Positions 55,794 through 64,000 of a stretch of DNA of 64,000 nt are shown here, in pieces (positions within the stretch are counted from its first letter, which is position 1; every line of letters begins with the position of its first letter). The notes under the pieces are model-generated. The model did no database searches. It worked only from the letters and a program-made list of their open reading frames with translations, and was not told the DNA's origin. A program made the position numbers and the translations under genes. The DNA is from Crocinitomicaceae bacterium (GTDB lineage: Bacteria; Bacteroidota; Bacteroidia; Flavobacteriales_D; Crocinitomicaceae), in NCBI GenBank assembly GCA_044237035.1, contig JBIIFU010000008.1, forward strand, positions 18,429 through 82,428, in the 5' to 3' direction.

Positions 55794-55872
55794 ATTCTAA
55801 ATTTGAGATACAAAAATAGAAAAACAAAACCGATAGGGAAAGGTTTGAACGAAAGATGCGGGAATAAAAGAA

Positions 55873-56160
55873 TTATTTTTCTTTTTCCTTCAAGATTTGT
55901 TTTCTCAATGCTTCTGTAGCATCATCAACCGCCTCTTCAAAAGATTTACTTTGTTTTTTAGCAAATAATTCCTTTCCGGGAAGATGAATTTTTACTTCTG
56001 CGATTTTATTTTCTTTTTCCTTGTCTTTATCCAAGCGCAAAAAAACTTCCGATGACAGTGCTTTGTGATTAAAAAGTTCTAATTTGTTCATGCGTTCTTG
56101 AATGAAATCGACTAATTTTTGATCTGCTTTGAAATGTATTGAATGAACTTTTGTTTCCAT
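55873..56160 (-). CDS. hpf: ribosome hibernation-promoting factor (HPF/YfiA family, short)
   Basis: 95 aa. It shows the pattern I.F.A.Q.L.DFI...M.KL..F and sits in the conserved position after xerC in the rpsU-xerC-hpf cluster. Confidence 0.85.
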   Translation of the reverse strand: METKVHSIHFKADQKLVDFIQERMNKLELFNHKALSSEVFLRLDKDKEKENKIAEVKIHLPGKELFAKKQSKSFEEAVDDATEALRKQILKEKEK

Positions 56161-56165
56161 AATCT

Positions 56166-57041
56166 TTACTTTTTACCACCTCGAGGGTGTGTTTGTGAAT
56201 AAATAGAAGTTAATTGCGCAAAAGAGTTGTGCGTATACACTTGAGTTGCAGATAAATTGGCGTGACCCAATAAATCTTTCAATGTTTCTAAGCCTGTTCC
56301 TCTGTTTAACATGTGAGTAGCAAATGTATGACGCAAAACGTGTGGACTTGTTTTATCCAAATTAGTTGCAATACTAAGGTATTGATTTATTATCCGGTAA
56401 ACAAGCATTGGGTATATTTTTTTACCAAATTTCAAGGAAAACACAAATGGACTTTCACCAACTTGTTGATTTTTAACTTGGATGTATGTTTGAATTTGGT
56501 AATGTAAATCTTTGGAAATAGGTATAATACGTTCCTTATTCCTTTTACCGATAACTTTTATGGACTCACTAGAAACATTTTGTACTCGTAAATCAATTAA
56601 TTCGCTCAATCGAATTCCTGTTTGGTAGAACAACTCAAAAATTACTTTGTCTCTTTTTCCATTCAAGGAATCAGCGTATAATTCATCCAATTTTTCAGTT
56701 TGTAATTCAGATTCTTTTGCAAAAGCGGGAAGGCGTTTTTCATTTTTAGGACCTTGAACTTTTGCCATTGGATTTATGGTTACTAATTCTTCTTTTCGTA
56801 ACCATTTATAGAAGGTTCGTAATGCAGCAAGTTTCCTGTTAATTGATTTTGCCTTTATTTTCTCTTCAAAAAGTTGTACAATCCAGCCACGAATAAAGTT
56901 TGAGGAAAACTCATTGAAATCGATGATTTTTTTGACTTCAGCGTAGTTTATAAACTGAGTCAAATCTCGCTCGTACGCATCTATGGTATGTTGCGAATAT
57001 CGTTTTTCTGTTGTTAAATATAGAATGAAATTATCGAGCAT
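56166..57041 (-). CDS. xerC: tyrosine recombinase XerC/XerD family
   Basis: I moved the start to ATG 57041 (MLDNFILYL), because the upstream five codons of the track ORF lie inside the rpsU terminator hairpin. It has YL..EKRYS.HT..AY..DL..F and the catalytic HVLRHTFATH...LLGHANLSATQVYTH. Confidence 0.86.
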   Translation of the reverse strand: MLDNFILYLTTEKRYSQHTIDAYERDLTQFINYAEVKKIIDFNEFSSNFIRGWIVQLFEEKIKAKSINRKLAALRTFYKWLRKEELVTINPMAKVQGPKNEKRLPAFAKESELQTEKLDELYADSLNGKRDKVIFELFYQTGIRLSELIDLRVQNVSSESIKVIGKRNKERIIPISKDLHYQIQTYIQVKNQQVGESPFVFSLKFGKKIYPMLVYRIINQYLSIATNLDKTSPHVLRHTFATHMLNRGTGLETLKDLLGHANLSATQVYTHNSFAQLTSIYSQTHPRGGKK

Positions 57042-57067
57042 AAAAAAAGGAGCCAAAAAGCTCCTTT
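57042..57067 (-). terminator. intrinsic terminator after rpsU
   Basis: The minus sense reads AAAGGAGCtttttgGCTCCTTT followed by TTTT. It lies 25 nt after the rpsU stop and abuts the xerC ATG. Confidence 0.65.
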
Positions 57068-57091
57068 GAATACGATATATACAGTGATTTG

Positions 57092-57283
57092 TTACTGTTC
57101 AGCAGAAATTAAATGTTGTTTGTAGGCAGCACGAATAATTTGTTGTCTTTTCGTTACAGAAGGTTTTTCAAATTCTTTACGAGCGCGTAATTGTTTCATT
57201 ACATTCGTTTTTTCGAATTTCTTCTTGTATTTTTTCAACGCTTTTTCAATGTTTTCGCCTTCTTTAATTGGAATAATTAACAT
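57092..57283 (-). CDS. rpsU: 30S ribosomal protein S21
   Basis: 63 aa, matching the basic S21 sequence: MLIIPIKEGENIEKALKKYKKKFEKT.....LR.R.EF.KPS..KR. Confidence 0.95.
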   Translation of the reverse strand: MLIIPIKEGENIEKALKKYKKKFEKTNVMKQLRARKEFEKPSVTKRQQIIRAAYKQHLISAEQ

Positions 57284-57347
57284 ACAAACTCTTTTTTTAA
57301 TTGTTTTAAGGGGTGCAAATATACGTATTTAGTTATTGAAATACAAA

Positions 57348-58487
57348 TTATTTTAGAATTTCTCGTGAAATAACTAATTTTTGAATTTCAGAGGTACCCT
57401 CGCCGATAGTCATAAGTTTAGAATCACGTAAAAATTTCTCAGCAGGATACTCTTTCGTGTATCCGTAACCACCCATAATTTGAACAGCTTCATTGCCACA
57501 TTTTACCGCTACTTCAGAAGCAAAATACTTGGCATAAGCACCTTGTTTCGTTAAAGGTTGTTTTTTGTTTTTCAAATCGGCTGCTTGAAAAGTAAGTAAC
57601 TCAGCTGCTTTTACTTCCGTTGCCATGTCGGCTAATTTAAATCCGATTGCTTGGAAATGGGCGATTGGTTGACCAAACTGTTCTCTTTCTTTTGCATACT
57701 TTACAGACGCTTCAAAAGCTCCGCGAGCAATTCCACAACTTAAAGCGGCAATTGAGATTCGTCCTCCATCCAAAATTTGCATAGCTTGTTTGAAACCCAT
57801 TCCAACTTGCCCAATAACATTTTCTTCCGGAATACGAACGTTTTCAAAGATTAATTCTGCTGTTTCACTCGCTCTAACACCTAATTTATCTTTAATTTTC
57901 ACCGCTGAAAAGCCAGGAGTTCCTTTCTCAATGATAAATGCTGTAATTCCATTGCTATCTAATAAATCTCCAGTTCGAATCAATACTACAGCAACATCTC
58001 CGGATAAACCATGTGTAATCCAGTTTTTAGAGCCATTAATTACCCACTCATTTCCTTCTTTTACGGCAGTACATTTCATACGCATGGCATCAGAACCTGT
58101 ATTTGCTTCTGTCAATCCCCAAGCGCCAATCCACTCACCTGTTGCTAATTTTGGTAAATATTTTCTCTTTTGTTCTTCGGATCCGTGGTAATAAATATGA
58201 CCTGTACAAAGTGAGTTATGGGCGGCTACACTTAATCCAATTCCACCACATACTTTTCCTAATTCCATTAGTGCAGTGGCGTATTCAAAATAACCAAAAC
58301 CTGAACCGCCGTATTCTTCAGGGATAAAAATACCTAAAAGACCAAGTTCGCCCATTTTTTTCATAACATCAACAGGGAAATGTTCTTCGTCATCCCATTT
58401 CTTGTAATTTGGTCTAATTTCTTTTTCTGCAAAATCACGCACCATTTGTGCGATCATTTCTTGGTTTTCGTTGTATTCAAATTCCAT
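57348..58487 (-). CDS. acyl-CoA dehydrogenase
   Basis: 379 aa with the typical ACAD N/M/C domains (GAWGLTEANTGSDA, the catalytic-base region YPAEKFLRDSKLMTIGEGTSEIQ). Confidence 0.93.
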   Translation of the reverse strand: MEFEYNENQEMIAQMVRDFAEKEIRPNYKKWDDEEHFPVDVMKKMGELGLLGIFIPEEYGGSGFGYFEYATALMELGKVCGGIGLSVAAHNSLCTGHIYYHGSEEQKRKYLPKLATGEWIGAWGLTEANTGSDAMRMKCTAVKEGNEWVINGSKNWITHGLSGDVAVVLIRTGDLLDSNGITAFIIEKGTPGFSAVKIKDKLGVRASETAELIFENVRIPEENVIGQVGMGFKQAMQILDGGRISIAALSCGIARGAFEASVKYAKEREQFGQPIAHFQAIGFKLADMATEVKAAELLTFQAADLKNKKQPLTKQGAYAKYFASEVAVKCGNEAVQIMGGYGYTKEYPAEKFLRDSKLMTIGEGTSEIQKLVISREILK

Positions 58488-58502
58488 TTTATTTTGATTG
58501 AT

Positions 58503-59033
58503 TTAATAAGTAACTAAACTCTGAATATTATTTGTGTATTGCATTAATTTTTCCTCACCGTTGAGAAAGCTGAGGTTAACTAAAAAACTGAATCCGGCAA
58601 TTTTACCACCACATTTTTGAATCAATTCTGCTGCTGCAGAAGCTGAGCCACCTGTAGCCAATAAATCATCGTGAACTAATACATTCTGTCCGTGACTAAT
58701 TGCATCTGTATGCATTTCAATAACTGCGTTTCCGTATTCTAATTCGTATGAATGACTGATTTTATCGTAGGGTAATTTTCCTTGTTTTCTGATTAAAACA
58801 AAGGGAATCCCCAAGCGAATGGCCAATGGATAACCAAACAAAAACCCTCTACTTTCAACACCGGCAATTGCCTCAATTCCTTTTGATTGATAGATTTCCA
58901 CCAAATAATTCAAAACCTCATCCGATAATTTTGGATCAAGCATGATTGTGGAAATATCTTTGAAAATGATTCCCGGTTTTGGGAAATCAGGTACGTCGCG
59001 AATGGCAGATTTTAATTTTTCTTCAATTGACAT
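58503..59033 (-). CDS. apt: adenine phosphoribosyltransferase
   Basis: 176 aa with DFPKPGIIFKDI and the PRPP motif VLVHDDLLATGGSA. Confidence 0.93.
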   Translation of the reverse strand: MSIEEKLKSAIRDVPDFPKPGIIFKDISTIMLDPKLSDEVLNYLVEIYQSKGIEAIAGVESRGFLFGYPLAIRLGIPFVLIRKQGKLPYDKISHSYELEYGNAVIEMHTDAISHGQNVLVHDDLLATGGSASAAAELIQKCGGKIAGFSFLVNLSFLNGEEKLMQYTNNIQSLVTY

Positions 59034-59034
59034 G

Positions 59035-59907
59035 CTACAAAGATAAGTAGGGTTTTAGTTTTTCAAAACATTCTTCATCAATTAATACAGATTCTTTTAT
59101 TTCTTCCACACTTTTAAAGCCTCTTTTTCTTTCCCGTATTTTGATGATTGAATTGGCTATATTCCAGTTCATGTAAGGATGTTTCTTCAATTCCTCCACG
59201 GTGGTTAAGTTCAATTTAAGTTTTGAAATTTGATTTACATTAACTGTAACAAAAGGCTCAAGTTGCGCATATTTTTCTGCATCGATTTTCCAAACTTCTA
59301 GCAATTGTCCAGGTTTCGAGAATCCGCCCAAACGAGTTCTATAATTAATTATCCACTTGGCGAAAGATTCTCCGATGCCCGGGATTTTCATTAAGTCCTC
59401 TTGAGAAGCTGCGTTTAGTTCAACTACAATTTTCGGTTTTTCCGTTTTGGTAAAGCTCTTCTTTTCAGGAGTAACTGATTTTTCAAAGGTTGGATAGAAA
59501 GTAGAATCTTTGATCATGTCAAACAGCTCATCCGAGATTACAAAGACACGCTGAAGATCCTCATTTGATTTTAATCCGCGGGAGGTGAATTTCAATACAA
59601 CATTTGCTTGTTTTTCGCTTAAGCCTAGTTGCATCCAATCATTTAAGGCGTATTTATTTGGGTCAAATTTCGAAGGAGGCAAGTGGTAGCGACTCTTTTT
59701 TTCACGATTGTAGGCGAAAGTGGCTTTTCTGTTTTTTCGGTAACTCGCTATTTTATTTTTCGTTTCAGCAATTTCGGCATCTGAAATTTTAATCGTTGAC
59801 TCTGAATTGTCAAAGGTTAATACTATTCTGGGAATATAAACGATAATTATTGATAGAAAAATAACCAATACAAGTGCCTGTCTATTTCGTTTGGAGATGT
59901 AGGGCAT
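59035..59907 (-). CDS. helix-hairpin-helix domain protein (ComEA-like)
   Basis: 290 aa with an N-terminal TM anchor and HhH motifs (LNAASQEDLMKIPGIGESFAKWIINYR; TTVEELKKHPYMNWNIANSII). Confidence 0.72.
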   Translation of the reverse strand: MPYISKRNRQALVLVIFLSIIIVYIPRIVLTFDNSESTIKISDAEIAETKNKIASYRKNRKATFAYNREKKSRYHLPPSKFDPNKYALNDWMQLGLSEKQANVVLKFTSRGLKSNEDLQRVFVISDELFDMIKDSTFYPTFEKSVTPEKKSFTKTEKPKIVVELNAASQEDLMKIPGIGESFAKWIINYRTRLGGFSKPGQLLEVWKIDAEKYAQLEPFVTVNVNQISKLKLNLTTVEELKKHPYMNWNIANSIIKIRERKRGFKSVEEIKESVLIDEECFEKLKPYLSL

Positions 59908-59919
59908 TCCGATAATACT

Positions 59920-61356
59920 TTACCTTGAGGGATTGGATTTTATACGAGACATTACCAAGAAAATGGGAAGTCCGAGAAGAACAATTAAAAGCCCCATTCC
60001 AGCATTTTTACTATCATAAATTAATAAGCAAGTACAAATGGCCAATGTTATAATTATGTAAATCAGTGGAACAATTGGATAGCCAATTACTTTATAAGGA
60101 CGAGGTGTATCTGGTTCTTTTTTACGAAGAACAAAAATCCCAGCGATTGTAATCACATAAAAAATGAGAGAAGCAAACGTACTGTAAACTACAAGGTCAC
60201 TGTATTTTCCTGAAAAGCATAGTGCACAAGCCCATATACATTGAATCCATAAGGCGATTCCAGGGACATTGTTTTTATTAAGTTTAGCGGCTTTTTTGAA
60301 AAACAATCCATCTTGTGCCATTGCATAGAAAAGTCGTGATCCAGATAAAATCAATCCATTATTACATCCAAAAGTGGAAATCATAATTAATCCTGCCATT
60401 AACCAAACTCCCATTTCTCCTATCATTACGGATGCAGCACTTGCACCAATGCGATCGTGTTCTGGAAACATTAGTCCTTGACCAATAGCAGTTGTAGCGT
60501 CGGGAGATCCTTCAACCGGAAGTAACATTAAATAGGCAATATTTGCCAATAGATAAATGCATGTAACGATAAGTGTTCCAAGGAAGAGACTCCTCGGTAT
60601 ATTCCTTTGAGGATTTTTGATCTCACCAGCGATAAAAGTTACGTTATTCCATGCATCAGAAGAAAATAATGAGTTAATTATGGTAGCACCAAGAGCACCC
60701 ATTAATGCAAATCCAGTCAATGAAGTTACGCTTATCGAATTATCAGGATTAACAACAGTCTTTTTAGCTTCCCAAATTGATGTAAAGTTTTGAACCCATA
60801 TATCTTTATTTAATCCGATATAAATTCCAAAGAAAATTAGCGCAAACAAAGCTAAAAGTTTGGCCGATGTAAATATAATTTGCAACCACTTTCCATTTTG
60901 GATTCCACCGGTATTAAGAAAAGTTAGAAAGATTATACTTCCTACTGCAACTAGTTGTCCGTATGTGATAGAACCAATGAAAAACCCATTTAAAGATGGA
61001 AAAAACACACCACAATACTTGGCAAATGCAACAGCAACGGCAGCAATAACACCAGTTTGAATTACACTGAATACTGTCCAACCGTACAAGAACGAAGGGA
61101 GTTTACCAAATGCTCTTTGAATATATACATATTGACCTCCTGCATTTGGCATCATGCCTGCTAATTCGCCATAACTCAATGCGGCAAAAACCGTGATTAA
61201 ACCAGTCAATATCCAAAGGACAAGTAACCAACCAACAGACCCTATATCTCTCATCATGAAACTTGTCACGATAAAAATACCGGAACCAATCATAGAGCCA
61301 GCTACTATAGTTGTAGCATCGAAAAGCCCTAGACTTCGTTTGAAATCCGAACTCAC
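59920..61356 (-). CDS. APC family amino acid permease
   Basis: 478 aa with about 12 TM helices. The N-terminal GSMIGSGIF and ELAGMMPNAGGQYVY are APC signatures. Confidence 0.9.
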   Translation of the reverse strand: MSSDFKRSLGLFDATTIVAGSMIGSGIFIVTSFMMRDIGSVGWLLVLWILTGLITVFAALSYGELAGMMPNAGGQYVYIQRAFGKLPSFLYGWTVFSVIQTGVIAAVAVAFAKYCGVFFPSLNGFFIGSITYGQLVAVGSIIFLTFLNTGGIQNGKWLQIIFTSAKLLALFALIFFGIYIGLNKDIWVQNFTSIWEAKKTVVNPDNSISVTSLTGFALMGALGATIINSLFSSDAWNNVTFIAGEIKNPQRNIPRSLFLGTLIVTCIYLLANIAYLMLLPVEGSPDATTAIGQGLMFPEHDRIGASAASVMIGEMGVWLMAGLIMISTFGCNNGLILSGSRLFYAMAQDGLFFKKAAKLNKNNVPGIALWIQCIWACALCFSGKYSDLVVYSTFASLIFYVITIAGIFVLRKKEPDTPRPYKVIGYPIVPLIYIIITLAICTCLLIYDSKNAGMGLLIVLLGLPIFLVMSRIKSNPSR

Positions 61357-62930
61357 TTCTCGTCGTCTGAATTATCTATGGCAACATCTGCTACAGCATC
61401 ATGACCTCTTAACGAATCTTCATAAGCATGGTCATTCAAATTACTTTTGTGACGGGAGTATAAGAAATAAATTAGTATTCCAAGGGTGGACCAACAAAGA
61501 AATGCAATCCAAGTATCAGGTCGAACGAAGTACATCAAGCCAAAATTAAATGCTGCACCTAGTGGTCCAATTACAAATAGAAGAGGAGTTTTGAATGGTC
61601 TATCCAAATGTGGTTGTTTTACACGTAAAACCACAACGGCAATGGAAATCATAGCAAATGCCAACAAGGTACCCATCGAACACATTTCAGAAACTTTGTC
61701 AATTGGGGTTAATGCTGCTACAATAGAAACAATAGCACCTACTAAAATCGTACTTCTATATGGCGTTTTATATACCTCATGAACTTTACCAAACATATTA
61801 AATGGAAGTAATCCATCCTTTGCCATCCCCAAGAAAATACGTGTTTGACCTAGCATCATAACAAGCATAACAGAAGTTAAACCAGCTACAGCCGCTATTG
61901 TGATTAATACCGTTGCCCAAGGCATACCAATTCCCTCGAAGGCAGAAGCTACAGGAGCTTTTAAGTCAAGCTGATTGTATTTTACCATTCCCGTAAGTAC
62001 AAGTGAAACAATTATATATAAAACGGTACAAATCACAAGAGACATTATAATTGCAAATGGTACATCTTTTTTAGGATTAATTGCTTCGCCCGCTTGAGTA
62101 GAAACGGCATCGAAACCAATATATGCGAAAAATACAATTGTTGCGGCAGTCACCACTCCACTCCATCCGAAATGTGAAACACCTTTAGCATCAACAACTT
62201 CTTCAGGAATAAATGGTGTGTAGTTGCTTGTATCAATGTAGAAAAACCCAACAAATATTACGAAAAGAACTACAGCAACCTTTAAAATAACAATTAAATT
62301 ATTTGTTTTGGCAGCTTCCTTGATTCCTTTTATGAGAATTGCGGTTACAATAAATGTAATAATCAAAGCCGGTAAGTTAAAAGCAAATGAGCCTTGACTA
62401 GCCAAATCAGCCGCTAACTGCATATTTCCAGCTTTTTCAGCTGCCTTAATTGCTAATTCTGTCTTTTCAGCCGCTGTTGCCGGGTCATTCATTAACCAAA
62501 TGGGTGGATGAATACCAAACTGATGCAACAATTTTTCAAAATAACCACTCCAAGCAACAGCAACAGTAGTAGCTCCCATCATGTATTCCAGAATTAGATT
62601 CCATCCGATAATCCAGGCAAATAACTCACCCATCGTACCGTATGAATAGGCATAAGCTGAACCTTCAACAGGTAAAACAGAAGAGAACTCGGCATAACAT
62701 AGTGAAGCAAATAAACACCCAATTCCGGCGATTACAAAGGAAAGAGCAAGTGCTGGTCCAGCGTGGTCGTGAGCAGCAATACCAGTTAAAGTAAAAATAC
62801 CACCACCGATGATTGCGCCAATTCCAAGTGAAGTTAATCCCCAACGACCTAATATGCGATTCAGATTATTCTTCTTCATATCAGCCTCAAAGGCTGCAAT
62901 TGGTTTCTTTCTCCAAGGACTTTTAGACAT
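61353..62930 (-). CDS. amino acid permease (APC superfamily, cationic amino acid transporter-like)
   Basis: 525 aa with about 13-14 TM helices. It has GIGAIIGGGIF and YAEFSSVLPVEGSAYAYSY. Its stop overlaps the downstream permease start by 4 nt. Confidence 0.9.
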   Translation of the reverse strand: MSKSPWRKKPIAAFEADMKKNNLNRILGRWGLTSLGIGAIIGGGIFTLTGIAAHDHAGPALALSFVIAGIGCLFASLCYAEFSSVLPVEGSAYAYSYGTMGELFAWIIGWNLILEYMMGATTVAVAWSGYFEKLLHQFGIHPPIWLMNDPATAAEKTELAIKAAEKAGNMQLAADLASQGSFAFNLPALIITFIVTAILIKGIKEAAKTNNLIVILKVAVVLFVIFVGFFYIDTSNYTPFIPEEVVDAKGVSHFGWSGVVTAATIVFFAYIGFDAVSTQAGEAINPKKDVPFAIIMSLVICTVLYIIVSLVLTGMVKYNQLDLKAPVASAFEGIGMPWATVLITIAAVAGLTSVMLVMMLGQTRIFLGMAKDGLLPFNMFGKVHEVYKTPYRSTILVGAIVSIVAALTPIDKVSEMCSMGTLLAFAMISIAVVVLRVKQPHLDRPFKTPLLFVIGPLGAAFNFGLMYFVRPDTWIAFLCWSTLGILIYFLYSRHKSNLNDHAYEDSLRGHDAVADVAIDNSDDEK

Positions 62931-63057
62931 TTTATTAGTATTTTGAATTAGCTTGGTAAAGATAACAAATCCTACTAATTTACAACATTCAATAATAAAA
63001 ATACAAGAATGTATTTTGGTAAATAAATTCGATTAGCCAACCTTTTCTGTGTAGCAC

Positions 63058-63771
63058 TTAATTTTTTGAAGCGTCTTCCTGTGGGATTTGATTGATTAGA
63101 CTTTCTAATATTCCATCAATTCGCTTTCGTTCCTGCTCCCAGGTTGTTTTAAAATTGTTTGAATTGATTGAGAAAAGAGCAACACCGTTTTTTAATTCAT
63201 AAAATCCAGAAAGAGCAATCGTTCCATTAAGTGTTCCTGTTTTTGCAAATACTTTACCTTGGTGATTCAATAGGCGCTTTTCCAGTGTTCCAGGTTTACC
63301 TGGTTGCGCCATAAGATTTTTAAATATATTGTAATATTTATCCATATAAATTTTTTCGAGTAGACAAATTTGTAAATCACAGGTCGTTCTGTTATTTTTA
63401 TTTAATCCAGATCCGTCGTAAACAACGAAATTATTATCAGTTGCCTCTAAAATTTGATTTTTTATCAAATAGTTTTTTAAAACGGGGCCTCCACCCGAGG
63501 ATAAGAATAAACTATCTGCCTTTTTATTATCACTTTTCATAAGTACTTCTCGCAGATAATCATGTGTGGCATAACCCTGATTGAAACTCATCCATGACAC
63601 AAACAGTTTTAAGGTTGAAGCAGGTGCAAGCGGCAAATCGGAATGGTCTTTAGTAATCACTTGAGAAGGTTGATTGAAAGGAATATATTTTAATAAATAG
63701 GCTGTTGTTTGTCCATAACCAATATTAAAACAAATTATAAGATACAGAAAAGCCAGTATAATCTTCTTCAT
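63058..63771 (-). CDS. compact S13 (PBP4-like) D-alanyl-D-alanine carboxypeptidase/endopeptidase homologue
   Basis: I trimmed to ATG 63771 (MKKIILAFLYLIICFNIGYG|Q). It has PASTLKL (SxxK), MKSDNKKAD (SxN), YDGSGLNKNN (the S13 DGSGLS.N hallmark) and AKTGTL (KTG). It is only about 237 aa. Confidence 0.68.
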   Translation of the reverse strand: MKKIILAFLYLIICFNIGYGQTTAYLLKYIPFNQPSQVITKDHSDLPLAPASTLKLFVSWMSFNQGYATHDYLREVLMKSDNKKADSLFLSSGGGPVLKNYLIKNQILEATDNNFVVYDGSGLNKNNRTTCDLQICLLEKIYMDKYYNIFKNLMAQPGKPGTLEKRLLNHQGKVFAKTGTLNGTIALSGFYELKNGVALFSINSNNFKTTWEQERKRIDGILESLINQIPQEDASKN

Positions 63772-63871
63772 TCCTTTTTCATTTGACATCACACAAATAT
63801 AACAAATGAGAAAAAAACTTTTTGCGCAAAATCTTAGAGTTTCAAACAGTAAAGTTTTGAAAAAGTGAAGA

Positions 63872-64000
63872 TTATTTTTTTCGTAAAAATCGAGGAAGTA
63901 TCCAAGCGCCAATAAATAAGTAAGGGAAATAGGATATTAAACGCCAAATGACTGCCATGCCAGCTAATAAAATTGTAGATCCTGAAAATGAGATTAGCAA
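63872..64000 (-). CDS. 3' end of a membrane protein gene (partial, continues beyond window)
   Basis: An open minus-strand frame from the window edge reads ...LLISFSGSTILLAGMAVIWRLISYFPYLFIGAWILPRFLRKK*, with the stop at 63872-63874. It is hydrophobic and not identifiable. Confidence 0.35.
   Translation of the reverse strand: MLISFSGSTILLAGMAVIWRLISYFPYLFIGAWILPRFLRKK

Noticed and set aside
56166-57056. Tyrosine recombinase as a marker of an integrated mobile element or genomic island
   Set aside because: It sits in the rpsU-xerC-hpf arrangement that is conserved as a housekeeping cluster in Bacteroidota. There are no flanking direct repeats, tRNA target, excisionase, transfer genes or cargo genes nearby. 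The XerC/D-type N-terminal SAM-like domain and catalytic motifs fit a chromosome dimer-resolution or housekeeping recombinase.
57790-58191. Long antisense ORFs inside well-supported genes, including this 133-aa ORF opposite the acyl-CoA dehydrogenase. Others are 100-444, 61193-61549, 43038-43325, 12046-12297 and 17178-17471
   Set aside because: They lie entirely within strongly supported CDS on the other strand and have low-complexity or odd composition with no recognisable motifs. They are typical shadow ORFs.
1-64000. CRISPR arrays, rRNA/tRNA genes, IS elements/transposases, phage genes, restriction-modification or other recognisable defence systems
   Set aside because: I checked every intergenic gap of at least 60 bp by eye. 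I found no spaced direct repeats and no cloverleaf-compatible sequences. None of the translated ORFs shows a transposase, integrase-cargo, nuclease, helicase or methyltransferase signature. Absence by eye is not proof, and a tRNAscan, Infernal or defence-finder run would settle it.

Overview
Visibly AT-rich, densely coding chromosomal segment with about 60 credible CDS. By eye I found no rRNA, tRNA, CRISPR array, IS element or prophage genes. It looks like a Bacteroidota genome, probably Flavobacteriia. That placement is inference only, from eight proteins ending in T9SS type-A or type-B C-terminal sorting domains, Gln at +1 of most signal peptides, the rpsU-xerC-hpf and glmS-DUF4270-glycogen-synthase-like/panC syntenies, and a bacillithiol-type YtxJ. 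The housekeeping backbone is lysC, pheS, sucA/sucB, glmS, panC, folE, aspS, rpsU, hpf, apt, hemJ, an acyl-CoA dehydrogenase, two APC permeases and a TetR-linked TolC/MFP/RND efflux operon. Surface and accessory content includes an S46 dipeptidyl-peptidase, glutaminyl cyclase, two large type-B-CTD adhesins, five type-A-CTD proteins (two are paralogues), a cytoplasmic phosphodiesterase-TPR fusion protein and three tandem paralogous small lipoproteins. I see no canonical defence, toxin-antitoxin or secondary-metabolite cluster, and I cannot point with confidence to one clearly novel multi-gene system. The best candidates are: (1) an ECF sigma factor overlapping an anti-sigma-like bitopic membrane protein that ends in a T9SS type-B sorting domain (18117-19561); (2) an OMP + HTH regulator + CsgG-like/barrel protein unit divergent from a 1288-aa TTG-initiated adhesin (43722-51260); (3) the triplicated lipoprotein array (12632-13840); (4) two nested-hairpin repeats with a conserved core and covarying outer stems (1987-2133), plus a 480-bp ORF-less, GC-enriched intergenic region holding a 72-nt hairpin followed by T7 (3235-3715); and (5) a decayed photolyase/cryptochrome gene. 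All family calls come from motif recognition in the supplied translations, not from database searches.
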